DNA from: an uncultured Cytophagia bacterium
GTDB lineage: Bacteria; Zhuqueibacterota; Zhuqueibacteria; Thermofontimicrobiales; Thermofontimicrobiaceae
NCBI GenBank assembly: GCA_964605145.1
Contig: CAZSBG010000009.1
Span: 28,727 to 92,726, forward strand
Length of the DNA: 64,000 nt
Direction: 5' to 3'
Part shown: positions 19,575 through 29,565 of the stretch, one piece after another
How positions within the stretch are numbered: position 1 is the stretch's first letter
Layout: every line of letters starts with the position of its first letter
Program-made: the position numbers and the translations under genes
Notes under the pieces: generated by a model
Seen by the model: the letters and a program-made list of their open reading frames with translations, nothing else
What the model was told of the DNA's origin: nothing
Database searches by the model: none

Positions 19575-21659
19575 TCAGGCGTTTTTCTCAGCCTCGGTCT
19601 GCTCGATGATTTTTTCGGCCACGTCTTTGGGGACTTCCTCATAATTCGATAATTTGCGCGTATGTGCGCCGCGCCCCTGGGTGAGTGACCGCAATGTTGT
19701 GGAATATTTGTACAACTCGGCCAAAGGGATTTTGGCATTGATGACCTGAAACGGGCCATTAGAATCCATACCAAGAATTTTACCGCGTCGGCTTGAAATG
19801 TCACCCATTACATCGCCCATAAAATCTTCCGGCACCTGGATTTCAACGTCATAAATAGGTTCCAGTAATACGGGTTTGGCTCCTTTGAATACTTTTTTGA
19901 AGCACATGGACCCTGCAATTTTAAAGGCCATATCAGAAGAATCCACCGAATGGTAACTGCCAAAGAATAAAGTCACTTTGACATCAACGACAGGATAACC
20001 GGCGATTACGCCGTCGGCCATGGCTTCTTTTACACCTTTTTCAACGGCCGGGATGAATTTACCCGGAATGACACCGCCAACAATAGCGTCAACGAACTCA
20101 TACCCTTCGCCTTTGTTCGGCTCCAGTTTCAATGAAACGTCGCCGTACTGTCCGCGACCACCTGATTGTTTTTTGTGTTTGTACTGACTTTCACCTGCCG
20201 CGCGAATGGTCTCGCGATAGGGGATTTTCGGTTCGATCAGATTGACATCGACGCCGTATTTTTCTTTCAATCTTTTTACAACGATGTTCAAATGCAATTC
20301 GCCCTGACCGGAAATAATCACCTGCTTCAGTTCTGCATCAACATTTACTTTGAACGTTGGGTCCTCGTCCTGAATGCTGTTCAATCCGGATGAAATTTTA
20401 TCTTCATCGCCTTTGGCTTTTGGCTCAACTGCAACACGAATGACTGGTTCCGGAAAGGCGATTTCTGGAAGGATAATGGGATTCGATTTGTCGCACAGTG
20501 TGTTGCCGGTGGATGTGTTTTTCAATTTCACGATAGCGCCGATATCGCCGGTGCCGATTTGGCCAATTTCTTTTCTGTTCTTACCATTCATCAGGTAAAT
20601 CTGTCCAATTTTTTCTGCAGAATCTTTGGATGAATTCAACACCTCGGTGCCTGTTTTCAAAATACCGGAATACACTTTCACAAAGGATAATTCACCCACA
20701 TGTGGTTCTGAAATTGTCTTGTAAACCAATGCGGAAAGCGGTGCGTCATTCTTTATTTCCCGGGTAATTTCATCGGAGGCGCCCGGTTTTACGCCGACAG
20801 CTTCAGGCATGTCAGCTGGCGAAGGAAACGTACTGACGACCAAATCCAGCAGCGGACGTGTCCCAATATTTTCTGTCGCGACGCCGCACATAATTGGAAA
20901 TAAATTTCCTGATATGATGCTTTTTCTAAGGCCTTGCTTCAATTGTTCATCTGTCAATTCACCTTTATCACAAAAAATATCCAATAATTCTTCATCATTT
21001 TCTGAAACAGCTTCCATTAGTTCATTGCGCAATTCTTCTGCCCTGTCTGCAAATTCTGCAGGAATGGCTTCTTCTGTGAATTTTCCGGATTTATTCTTTT
21101 CAAATTTTAATAATTTCATCTTGATAATATCCACTATACTATCGAATTTTTCATTCCCTTCATTCACCGGAAATTGAAGCGCCGCAACGCTATTGCCAAA
21201 TCGTTCTTTTGTCATGTCGTACACTTTGGCGAAATTGGCATGTTCCTTGTCCAGGCGATTGACAAAAAACATCCGCGGGATTTCGTTTTTCTCAGCAATT
21301 CTATACACGGATTCAGTGCCAACTTCGATTCCTGAAACACCATTAAGCAGGACAATCGCTGCATCGCTGACTCTCATCGCACCGATTACTTCACCTACAA
21401 AATCTGAATATCCCGGCGTATCCATTACATTGATTTTATGATTCTTCCAATCCATATGCAACATCGAGGTGCTGATAGATATTTTTCGTTCAATTTCATC
21501 ATGATTGTAGTCGGAAATTGTTGAGCCATCGTCAACGGTCCCAATTCGGTTTGATTCCCCGGCTGTAAAGGCAATTGCCTCGGCCAGGGATGTTTTGCCA
21601 ACATCTCCGTGAGATATAAGTCCCACATTCCTGATTTGTTCTACTGTGTATTCTTTCAC
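19575..21659 (-). CDS. Elongation factor G paralog (EF-G2-like translational GTPase), not in an str operon context
   Basis: The G domain has HGDVGKTSLAEAI as G1, a divergent Ser in place of the usual Thr. Domains II-V follow, and the length is 694 aa. Confidence 0.85.
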   Translation of the reverse strand: MKEYTVEQIRNVGLISHGDVGKTSLAEAIAFTAGESNRIGTVDDGSTISDYNHDEIERKISISTSMLHMDWKNHKINVMDTPGYSDFVGEVIGAMRVSDAAIVLLNGVSGIEVGTESVYRIAEKNEIPRMFFVNRLDKEHANFAKVYDMTKERFGNSVAALQFPVNEGNEKFDSIVDIIKMKLLKFEKNKSGKFTEEAIPAEFADRAEELRNELMEAVSENDEELLDIFCDKGELTDEQLKQGLRKSIISGNLFPIMCGVATENIGTRPLLDLVVSTFPSPADMPEAVGVKPGASDEITREIKNDAPLSALVYKTISEPHVGELSFVKVYSGILKTGTEVLNSSKDSAEKIGQIYLMNGKNRKEIGQIGTGDIGAIVKLKNTSTGNTLCDKSNPIILPEIAFPEPVIRVAVEPKAKGDEDKISSGLNSIQDEDPTFKVNVDAELKQVIISGQGELHLNIVVKRLKEKYGVDVNLIEPKIPYRETIRAAGESQYKHKKQSGGRGQYGDVSLKLEPNKGEGYEFVDAIVGGVIPGKFIPAVEKGVKEAMADGVIAGYPVVDVKVTLFFGSYHSVDSSDMAFKIAGSMCFKKVFKGAKPVLLEPIYDVEIQVPEDFMGDVMGDISSRRGKILGMDSNGPFQVINAKIPLAELYKYSTTLRSLTQGRGAHTRKLSNYEEVPKDVAEKIIEQTEAEKNA

Positions 21660-21839
21660 AAAATCCTCCTTAAATTACGATAATCTTTATCTTTATCACT
21701 GCCAAGTCACATTGTAACGAAATTGTCGATTAAACGACTGTGTCTTCGGGGTGAATCATTTTGTGCGTAGTGGCAGACCAGTCAAACGATTAAATTATCA
21801 TTTAAATCTAACCAAGCAGTTTTATTTATTTCAATAATA

Positions 21840-23375
21840 TTAGCTTTGTTTCAATTTCCTTTTTAAAATCTGACCAATTTTATTTCGGGGTAATTTGTTA
21901 TAGAATTTAATGACTTGTGGGCATTTATAGACCGGCATTTGATTTTTGCAATAGTCAATAATTTCTGAAGCAGTCAGTTTTTCATCCGGCCGCAGAACAA
22001 GGCATGCCTGCACGTCTTCTTTGTGGTCCGGATGAGGCATCGAAATGACGGCAGCTTCCTGAATTTGGGGATGCGTTACCAGGATTTCTTCGATCTCCTT
22101 GGTATAAATATGGAATCCGCTTTTGATAATCACGTCCGATTTTTTGCCGCCAATGTACAGATATCCCATTTCATCTTTTTTCCCCAGATCACCGGTGTAT
22201 AACCACCCATTTTTCAATCGTTTTGAAAAAAGATCTGAATCGTTCCAGTAGCCTTTCAGCACATCCTGGCCTAAAATTGCAATCTCTCCAATTTCGTTGG
22301 GTTGAATCTCGTCGCCACGCTCGTTGTGAATTTGAATTTCAAGGCCGGCCAATGCGACACCCACCGAATCGTTTCGAATATCCAGGGACGGATGGTTGGA
22401 GGACACAATCCCACCGCTTTCTGTTAAACCATAGCAATTAAGAAGCGGCACCCCAAATCGGTCTTGAAATTCGGCGTGCAACTGCTCTGAAATGGATGTC
22501 CAGGATGACAAACAAAATTTTAATGAGTTCCCTTTGAAAGATTCCGGCTTTAATTTTATGAATGACTCATAAATTTCCGAATTAGCGACAACCACAGACG
22601 TTTTTGTAGCATCCGTTTCAGCGGCAATTACCGGAATGTCAAGTTTGCCGTGAAGCACAACTGAGCCGCCGATTGAAAGAGCGCTGTTCAGGATGATATT
22701 TTGACAGGACACTAAAAATAACGGTAAAATGGCTGCAAATACATCGTTGCGGGTAAACCGAAAAAAATCAATGGCCCGGTTTGCGTTCGCCGATAAATTG
22801 AGATAGCTCAGCTCCACTCCCACCGGCAGCTCAGTCATGCCTGAAGTATACTGAATCTGCGCCACGTCCTCTGCTGTTCGGCCCTGGTAGGAAAAATCGG
22901 CCGGAGCTTCTGCAATTAAGGTGATCAGGTTGTAATCAACATCCCCCGCCGATGTTCCCAGGCAAATCGTTAAAGGCTTTTCTTCAACAAATTCCAATGA
23001 GCGACTGATTGTGTCGGAGAATCCCGCCCAAAAAATGATAGCATGTGGCTTAAGATTTTTTAGCACATGAAAAATATCATCTTTTTCCAGCAAAAAATTA
23101 ATAGGGGAGACGATAGCTCCAATTTTCAGCACAGCATAATAACTGAAAACAAAATGAGGCAAGTTCGGCAACATGAGCGCGATACGGTCGCCACTCTTTA
23201 ATCCGATTTTCCTCAATCCATTAGCTAATTTGTTTGTAATGTTTTCAACTTGCCCAAAACTTATTTTGTGATCTTTAAAAATGATTGCATCTTTATTGGG
23301 AACTTCCTGTGCGACTTTTTGAAATTTCTCAATAATCATAACGACAATACAAATTCCTCCAATTTTCCGAATCAT
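21840..23375 (-). CDS. AMP-dependent synthetase/ligase (acyl-CoA ligase family) with atypical P-loop
   Basis: It has the adenylation motifs YGLTESGG, GEIAILG...GYWN and GWLYTGDLG. Motif I reads YTSGMTELPVGV in place of the canonical TSGTTGxPKG. Confidence 0.75.
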   Translation of the reverse strand: MIRKIGGICIVVMIIEKFQKVAQEVPNKDAIIFKDHKISFGQVENITNKLANGLRKIGLKSGDRIALMLPNLPHFVFSYYAVLKIGAIVSPINFLLEKDDIFHVLKNLKPHAIIFWAGFSDTISRSLEFVEEKPLTICLGTSAGDVDYNLITLIAEAPADFSYQGRTAEDVAQIQYTSGMTELPVGVELSYLNLSANANRAIDFFRFTRNDVFAAILPLFLVSCQNIILNSALSIGGSVVLHGKLDIPVIAAETDATKTSVVVANSEIYESFIKLKPESFKGNSLKFCLSSWTSISEQLHAEFQDRFGVPLLNCYGLTESGGIVSSNHPSLDIRNDSVGVALAGLEIQIHNERGDEIQPNEIGEIAILGQDVLKGYWNDSDLFSKRLKNGWLYTGDLGKKDEMGYLYIGGKKSDVIIKSGFHIYTKEIEEILVTHPQIQEAAVISMPHPDHKEDVQACLVLRPDEKLTASEIIDYCKNQMPVYKCPQVIKFYNKLPRNKIGQILKRKLKQS

Positions 23376-23690
23376 TAATAGTAAAAAAAAAAAATGTCAA
23401 AATCAAGTTTTTTTTAAAACATGCATTGGTTCCGATTTAAAACACTGAAGTTGTTATTGATTTCGGTGAGATAGTCCTTTCTGATTTATACAGCAGAATA
23501 AAGTGCTTGACTATTTAGGAAATAATGTTAAATTAAAAAGTTCGTTTCTATTCTATTATTTCCCACATAACAGCGCCAATTAAAACTCGCTGGTAAGCGA
23601 AAAATTGTGAAACTGGTTTTTCGTGCAGAATTTGTCACAGACGTAATTGAATTTTAAAAATATGAACGTAATGTCAGGAGGGCGAACTGG

Positions 23691-25796
23691 ATGTATATTC
23701 TTGGTTTGCATATTTTGGATTTCAGTATTATTGTCTTCTATGTTATATTTATTCTATGGCTTGGAAAAAAAGCTTCAGACAAAACAAAAGATACGGGCGA
23801 TTTTTACATTGCCGGTCGTAAATTGGGCAAATTCTACCAGTTTTTTCTGAATTTCGGCAATTCAACCAACGCGGATCAGGCCATGGCCGTTTCCCGGGAA
23901 ATCTATCGTCAGGGTATTGGCGGTATGTGGATTCAGTATCTTGTTTTGTTTCTCACACCTTTCTACTGGTTTACAACGATGTTGTTCCGCCGGGCGAGAA
24001 TGATTACCATTGGTGATTTATTTACAGAGCGATTTCGGAGTGAATTCCTTGGGGGCGCGTATGCTATATTTACGCTGATTATGGCATTTATCGGCGGTGG
24101 AGTCGGATATATGGTTGCCGGCAAAACCATGATGGCGCTCACCCCCAAGCCGGCTGCTGAGTATTCCATTGAAGAAGCTCGCAGTGTGGAAATGTTTGAG
24201 GAATATAAGCTGCTATCAGGTAAGAAAGAAATGGGCCTCACCGCGGATGAGGAGCTCCGCTACAAAGAGCTCGTGGAACGAAACAAAAAAGGGGAATTGC
24301 AGTCGTTCGTATCATATATTAATGTGGTGATTTTTTATTTATTATATGCTGTGATTGTAGGAATTTATACCGTGTTAGGAGGGTTTTTAGCTGCGGCGAT
24401 TACAGATGCCATCCAGGGGGTGCTAATTATCACGTTTTCTTTCATACTCATTCCCATTGCGCTGAGTAAAATAGGAGGATTCTCAGGTCTGCATGCTGCG
24501 GTGCCTGATTATATGTTTCTCCTGTTCGGTTCAGCAACAATGAGCGAGTACGCCTGGTACACAATTTTTGCTATGGTATTGGCCAATCTTGTCTCCATTG
24601 TTGCCAGCGCGCCGATGATGGCAACTGCCGGCTCGGCGAAAAATGAAGATACTGCCCGGTTTGGGATGATTGGCGGCATGTTCTTCAAGCGATTTCTGAT
24701 GATTTTCTGGGCACTGGCCGGTCTGCTGGCCATTGGTCTGTTTGCCGGTGAACTGCACGATCCTGATTTGATCTGGGGATTTATGACGTACAAGCTGCTG
24801 TTTCCCGGCGCCATCGGCTTGATGCTGGCAGGAATTTTAGCCGCAAATATGTCCACACTGGATGCCGCTTCGGTTACCAATGCCGCGCTATTCATCCGAA
24901 ATATTTATCAACCCTTTCTGCCGGATAAATCGGAAAAGCATTATATCAATGTGGGGAGAATTGTCATTGCAGTGACCCTGCTGGGGGGTATTGGAACAGC
25001 GCTGTTTGTAGGCAATCTTCTCGATCTATTTAAATATTTCATTTCGTTCCCGGCAATCTTCGGGGCTCCCATCTGGCTGGCGTTTGTATGGCGTCGCCTG
25101 ACCAAATGGGCGGTTATTATTCAGGTATTTGTCTGCTTCATTATTTATGCGATCATCCCCAATGTGTTTCAGACAATAGACTCTGTCAGACACAATGCAA
25201 CCTTTTTACTGGAAACAAGGCCGAAAATTGTGACGATTAACACAGGCGCCCTGGCAGAAGATGTAGAAGAAGGACGAGCCACTGAAGTTGGAGAAGTGAT
25301 CCAAAAGGAACATACTATTTTGCCCACAGGTGTATTTTTTGAAAAAGTCGCGTTGAAAAATCCTGAAGATCCCAGTCAGGGTAAAGAGGGCCTGGGACGT
25401 TTTAACGCTGAAATTTGGGTGCTGAGTTGGCTGGGAATTGACTTTACTAAATTTACAAAAGCACAACTTGTAATGACCCGATTCCTGTTCGATGCATTAT
25501 TCCCGTTTGTGCTGTTATTTATTTTGAGCTATTTAACGCCTCAGGTTTCGAAAAACGATCTGGATCGGTTCTATGGAAAACTGCATACGTCGGTGAAGCC
25601 AACTCAGGAGGAGGAAGATGAGGCTCTTGAGGATGCCTACAAAAATCCGGAGCAATTCGAAAAATCCAAACTGTTCCCCGGCACGAATTGGGAAATCCTG
25701 AAACCCAGTTGGAAAGATGTGTATGGATTCGGCGGAAGCTGGCTGCTGGTTCTGCTGATGCTGTTACTGCTGTGGTTGATGGTGAACATAAAATAA
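23691..25796 (+). CDS. Sodium:solute symporter family transporter
   Basis: The SSS-type N-terminus is FYIAGRKLG. A 701-aa multi-TM protein with a large inserted soluble loop follows. An AGGAGG ribosome-binding site lies 10 nt upstream of the ATG. Confidence 0.75.
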   Translation: MYILGLHILDFSIIVFYVIFILWLGKKASDKTKDTGDFYIAGRKLGKFYQFFLNFGNSTNADQAMAVSREIYRQGIGGMWIQYLVLFLTPFYWFTTMLFRRARMITIGDLFTERFRSEFLGGAYAIFTLIMAFIGGGVGYMVAGKTMMALTPKPAAEYSIEEARSVEMFEEYKLLSGKKEMGLTADEELRYKELVERNKKGELQSFVSYINVVIFYLLYAVIVGIYTVLGGFLAAAITDAIQGVLIITFSFILIPIALSKIGGFSGLHAAVPDYMFLLFGSATMSEYAWYTIFAMVLANLVSIVASAPMMATAGSAKNEDTARFGMIGGMFFKRFLMIFWALAGLLAIGLFAGELHDPDLIWGFMTYKLLFPGAIGLMLAGILAANMSTLDAASVTNAALFIRNIYQPFLPDKSEKHYINVGRIVIAVTLLGGIGTALFVGNLLDLFKYFISFPAIFGAPIWLAFVWRRLTKWAVIIQVFVCFIIYAIIPNVFQTIDSVRHNATFLLETRPKIVTINTGALAEDVEEGRATEVGEVIQKEHTILPTGVFFEKVALKNPEDPSQGKEGLGRFNAEIWVLSWLGIDFTKFTKAQLVMTRFLFDALFPFVLLFILSYLTPQVSKNDLDRFYGKLHTSVKPTQEEEDEALEDAYKNPEQFEKSKLFPGTNWEILKPSWKDVYGFGGSWLLVLLMLLLLWLMVNIK

Positions 25797-25820
25797 TTGA
25801 TATTCTGAAATATTTTGATA

Positions 25821-25870
25821 AAAAAACCAGCCTCAAATTTTTTGTTGGGGGCTGGTTTTTTTTGTTTTTG
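25821..25870. terminator. Bidirectional intrinsic terminator between convergent genes
   Basis: The hairpin AAAAAACCAGCC-loop-GGCTGGTTTTTTTT has an A-tract on one side and a T-tract on the other. Confidence 0.6.
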
Positions 25871-25916
25871 CGGAGAAGGATCTCCACCCCGGAAATGGAG
25901 GCCATCTATTACTCAA

Positions 25917-26693
25917 TTAATCATTTTCGGTGTAATCACCAGTCACCAAATCCAGCGTGAATTTATTGCCGCTTGGCAGCACCACAATCACCTGGTTCCC
26001 GCCGTTGAATTCAATGGAAGTGCTAAAACTGTATTCCACGCTCTTGTCTTTGATGACACCATCGCGGGAATACACGCCTTTGAATGAACACTCCAATTTT
26101 CCGCTCAGCGGAATATACGAAGCTGAATTTTTATTCAGAACAAGATCTGTGACCGCATAAGCGCTTTCTACTTGCACTGTGAGATCGTTTCGCAGGCCGT
26201 TGAAAGTATAGGATGAGTTATTGGAAGACGTGCCTGAAAAATGCAGGTTATCCGTCGTAATTCCGGAAATGTCCAGCGATGAACCTTTTTGAAGCTCAAT
26301 TGACTGGCGGGCGCCTTCCACGTCATACGCGCCGCTGAGAGAACTGGCGTACACAATTCTGTCGGTCAGGTTGTCCACGTACATGGCCTGCTCACGGTCA
26401 TCGGCCGTGTAAAACGCCAGGCTCAGAGAAAATGTAATCCAGTTGGTGGTAAAGGTTGTGTCGTAACCGGAAGGCTTCAGCAGACTGCCCGGCTGGCCTG
26501 TGGCGGCTGTCGCTGTTGCCATTTCCAGGTCCGCCATCATACCGCCATTATCATGACTCACCTCCGCCGCGATAATGGCCATTTTTTCGTTATCAGACAG
26601 TTCAATGATGGGATCGCCGGAATCGGTTGGATTTTTTTCGCAGCCATACATCATAAAAATTGCGCTCAACAGAATGATCGTCATTTTTTTCAT
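25917..26693 (-). CDS. Hypothetical lipoprotein
   Basis: The signal peptide MKKMTIILLSAIFMMYGC carries a lipobox Cys. The remainder has no motif I recognise. Confidence 0.5.
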   Translation of the reverse strand: MKKMTIILLSAIFMMYGCEKNPTDSGDPIIELSDNEKMAIIAAEVSHDNGGMMADLEMATATAATGQPGSLLKPSGYDTTFTTNWITFSLSLAFYTADDREQAMYVDNLTDRIVYASSLSGAYDVEGARQSIELQKGSSLDISGITTDNLHFSGTSSNNSSYTFNGLRNDLTVQVESAYAVTDLVLNKNSASYIPLSGKLECSFKGVYSRDGVIKDKSVEYSFSTSIEFNGGNQVIVVLPSGNKFTLDLVTGDYTEND

Positions 26694-27291
26694 CTTACTA
26701 TCTCCTTTGTTGTTAAAATGTTTGTTGATTTATTTATGATTTATTTTATCGCCTTTTAATGAAAAAACTGCTCAGCCACTAAGCCTCAAAAACTCGAAGT
26801 TCAAAATAAAGAATACAAAATTCTGTTTTCATCTTTATTTTTATCAGTGTAGATCTGTGGGTATTTGTGTCCAAAACCAAATTGTCTAAAAAATTAACTT
26901 GAATTATTTATCGCTGAATAAATATACTGAAATAAAAATAAAAATGTGTTGCAAACATGTTGAGATAAAATTGAAAAATTTTGCATGTTGTATTGAATAT
27001 TGCTTTTGATTCACTGAATCAACGCGGGAAAAAAAGAAGGTTTTAAAAGTAATTTCCGTGGATTTGATTTATATCACGTTAAAATAATATCACTATTTTT
27101 CAAGATTGGGAAAATTATCAAAATCAAAGTCTGTTTTGGGAATTTACTGACAGATGTGGCGCGCTTGTAAAAGAGTTGTTGAGAAAATGTTGCGGTCATC
27201 TTAAAAAAGTGTTAACGCTATATTTTTGCTATGAATTGTCGAATTAAATTTATACATTCTTCACAGAATCCTTTTTTGGAGGAAATCCTTC

Positions 27292-27975
27292 ATGAAACAA
27301 ATTTTACTCATAGAAGACGAAACCGGCATCGCCCAGACCATTAGCGTGCAGTTGCAGATGTTTGGCTTTTCCGTGCACACAGCTTCGGACGCCGCAACGG
27401 CACTTCGGTTCGAAAACTTGAGAGATGTAGACGCCATCATTCTCGACTGGATGCTGCCGGACGAGAACGGCCCGGACATTATCCCAAAATTGAGAAAAGT
27501 AACCGACGCGCCCATTTTGATGCTCACTGCCCGCTCGGAAATCATCGATAAATTGGTGGGCTTCGAAGCCGGGGCGGATGATTATCTCACCAAGCCGTTT
27601 GAAATGATGGAGCTCATCGCGCGCATCAAAGCGCTTATTCGGCGCAGCGGCGGAAAAGGCGAGGGTGAAGAAAAAACGCAAATCGTTTACGATGAAATTA
27701 TGATGGATCTGGATACGCGCCAGGTTCAGGTGGATGGCGAGCCCATCGATTTGACGCCGACCGAGTTCAGGATTCTCGAAATCCTCATTAAAAAACCGGG
27801 CGTTGTGTTCAGCCGGAACACGCTCATCGAAATGGTCATGGGCTATGAATATGAAGGCTACGGCCGAACCCTCGACTCCCACATTGCGCGGCTGCGCAGC
27901 AAAATAGAAATCGACGCCAAAGCGCCGGAGTACATTAAAACAGTCTTCGGAATCGGATACAAATTCGGAAAATAA
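27292..27975 (+). CDS. OmpR-family response regulator
   Basis: The receiver domain (LLIEDE, phospho-acceptor Asp in ILDWMLPD) is followed by a winged-helix output domain. It is directly upstream of the kinase gene. Confidence 0.9.
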   Translation: MKQILLIEDETGIAQTISVQLQMFGFSVHTASDAATALRFENLRDVDAIILDWMLPDENGPDIIPKLRKVTDAPILMLTARSEIIDKLVGFEAGADDYLTKPFEMMELIARIKALIRRSGGKGEGEEKTQIVYDEIMMDLDTRQVQVDGEPIDLTPTEFRILEILIKKPGVVFSRNTLIEMVMGYEYEGYGRTLDSHIARLRSKIEIDAKAPEYIKTVFGIGYKFGK

Positions 27976-27977
27976 TT

Positions 27978-29354
27978 ATGATATTCAAATCGTTCTATCC
28001 CAAAATTATTGCCATTTTAGCGACGGTTTCACTCGTTCTCTTTGCCATTCTCGCGTTGATTAACACCGTGCTTTTCCGGGATGAATTTTTGAGATTGCTG
28101 AGCCGATTGGAAGAACCGCGCGTCAACAAGCTGTTCGCTGACCTGGACAGAAATTATCCGCCAGATTCACCGCCGGAAAAAATCATGGCGAAACTCGATT
28201 CCATGTTCTTTGAATTCAACGTGGAATTATTTGATAAGGAGGAAAAATGGATCACCGGGGTATATCCCAATTTTCCGAATCTCGTTGTGGCCGAACATTC
28301 GAAGGTGCTGCATGAACCGTTTCAATTCACCGGCTTCACTCGAATTTATTACAATCACAATCCGGAATCATTTTATCACGCAGCAAAAATTCGATTGAAC
28401 TTCATCAATACGCCCATTTTCGACAAAATCTTTTTCAATTTTCTCATGTCCGGCGTTATCGTGATTCTGGTTTCGGCCGTACTGGGCTATCGGCTCGTTT
28501 CTTACCTGATAAAGCGCCTGGACAGGTTGAAGACAGGTGTCAGCAAATTGGCAAAGGGGGATTTCGATGTGCGGTTAGAGGATACCGGCGATGATGAAAT
28601 TGCTTTCCTGGCCAAAAGCTTCAACCACATGTCCCGGCAATTGCAGAAAACCATCGAGAGTCTGGAGGAGAGCAACGCGGCGCGGCAGCGATTGCTGGCT
28701 CATGCGTCGCACGAAATAAAATCACCTCTCACGTCCATCAAAGGCTTCATTGATATTGTGGAATTCATGAATATACTTTCAAAGGACCAGCAGCAGAGCT
28801 TGTTGCCTGTGGTGAAAAAAGATCTCAATCGCGTGGTTAAAATCACCAATGACATGCTGCAACTCACCAAAATCCGGGATCCCCAATATCATCTCACACT
28901 GAAGAAGATCAATCTTAAGGAATTCCTGTTAGAAGAGCATAGCTTTTTCGAGCACAAAGCGTTGGCCATTGGCGCGCTGGCAATTTACAACACCACAGTT
29001 GAGCGAGAAATTGAGTTGAATACGGATTCCGAGCGACTCTCTCAAATTCTCGATAATCTGTGGAATAACGCCCTGAAGTACGGCGATCTGTCCCAACCGA
29101 TTCGAACGGAATTGTCTTCGGAAGGCGATTTCTTCGGAATAAAAGTGGCGAATAATTTAATGCACAAAATCGAAATTCCGGTCGAACAGCTCTTTGAACC
29201 GTTTTATCGCGGCGCCGGCACCAGCGACAAGGTGAGCGGCTCCGGCCTGGGATTGGCCATTGTTAAAGAATTGATGGAAAAATTGAATGGCAAAATCGCA
29301 ACAAAGCTGACGACCAATCGGATCGAAATTTCGCTGCTTTTCAAAATGGTGTGA
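27978..29354 (+). CDS. Sensor histidine kinase (HAMP-HisKA-HATPase)
   Basis: It has two TM segments and a HAMP domain. The H-box is HASHEIKSPLTSIKG and the C-terminal G-box is GSGLGLAIV. Confidence 0.85.
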   Translation: MIFKSFYPKIIAILATVSLVLFAILALINTVLFRDEFLRLLSRLEEPRVNKLFADLDRNYPPDSPPEKIMAKLDSMFFEFNVELFDKEEKWITGVYPNFPNLVVAEHSKVLHEPFQFTGFTRIYYNHNPESFYHAAKIRLNFINTPIFDKIFFNFLMSGVIVILVSAVLGYRLVSYLIKRLDRLKTGVSKLAKGDFDVRLEDTGDDEIAFLAKSFNHMSRQLQKTIESLEESNAARQRLLAHASHEIKSPLTSIKGFIDIVEFMNILSKDQQQSLLPVVKKDLNRVVKITNDMLQLTKIRDPQYHLTLKKINLKEFLLEEHSFFEHKALAIGALAIYNTTVEREIELNTDSERLSQILDNLWNNALKYGDLSQPIRTELSSEGDFFGIKVANNLMHKIEIPVEQLFEPFYRGAGTSDKVSGSGLGLAIVKELMEKLNGKIATKLTTNRIEISLLFKMV

Positions 29355-29439
29355 TTTGCAAGGATTTGTATTTCAAATAAAACGTGGATGATCCGCTAAA
29401 AAGATGGCGGACGTTCCGCGCTGTCTTGTCAAGAAAAAA

Positions 29440-29565
29440 TCGAGCATCGAAAATCCGACATCGACTATCAACAATCTAACACGAGCATCGAAAATCCAAT
29501 ATCGAACATCCAACATCGAGTATCGACTATCGAAAAACGAATATCGAACATCCAAAACGCGAACC
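29440..29565. repeat. Degenerate tandem repeat, units of ~9-45 nt built on ATCGAA(C/A)ATC
   Basis: GAGCATCGAAAATCC occurs twice, and ATATCGAACATCCAA and TATCGACTATC each recur. The repeats lie in the intergenic gap between two convergent genes. Confidence 0.5.

Noticed and set aside
27304-27882. 192-aa minus-strand ORF antisense to the response regulator
   Set aside because: The plus-strand frame encodes an unambiguous OmpR-type regulator. The antisense product has no recognisable features.
29440-29565. Possible CRISPR array
   Set aside because: The repeat units are short (9-15 nt), irregular and directly abutting, with no spacers. No cas genes lie nearby. It is a simple degenerate tandem repeat.
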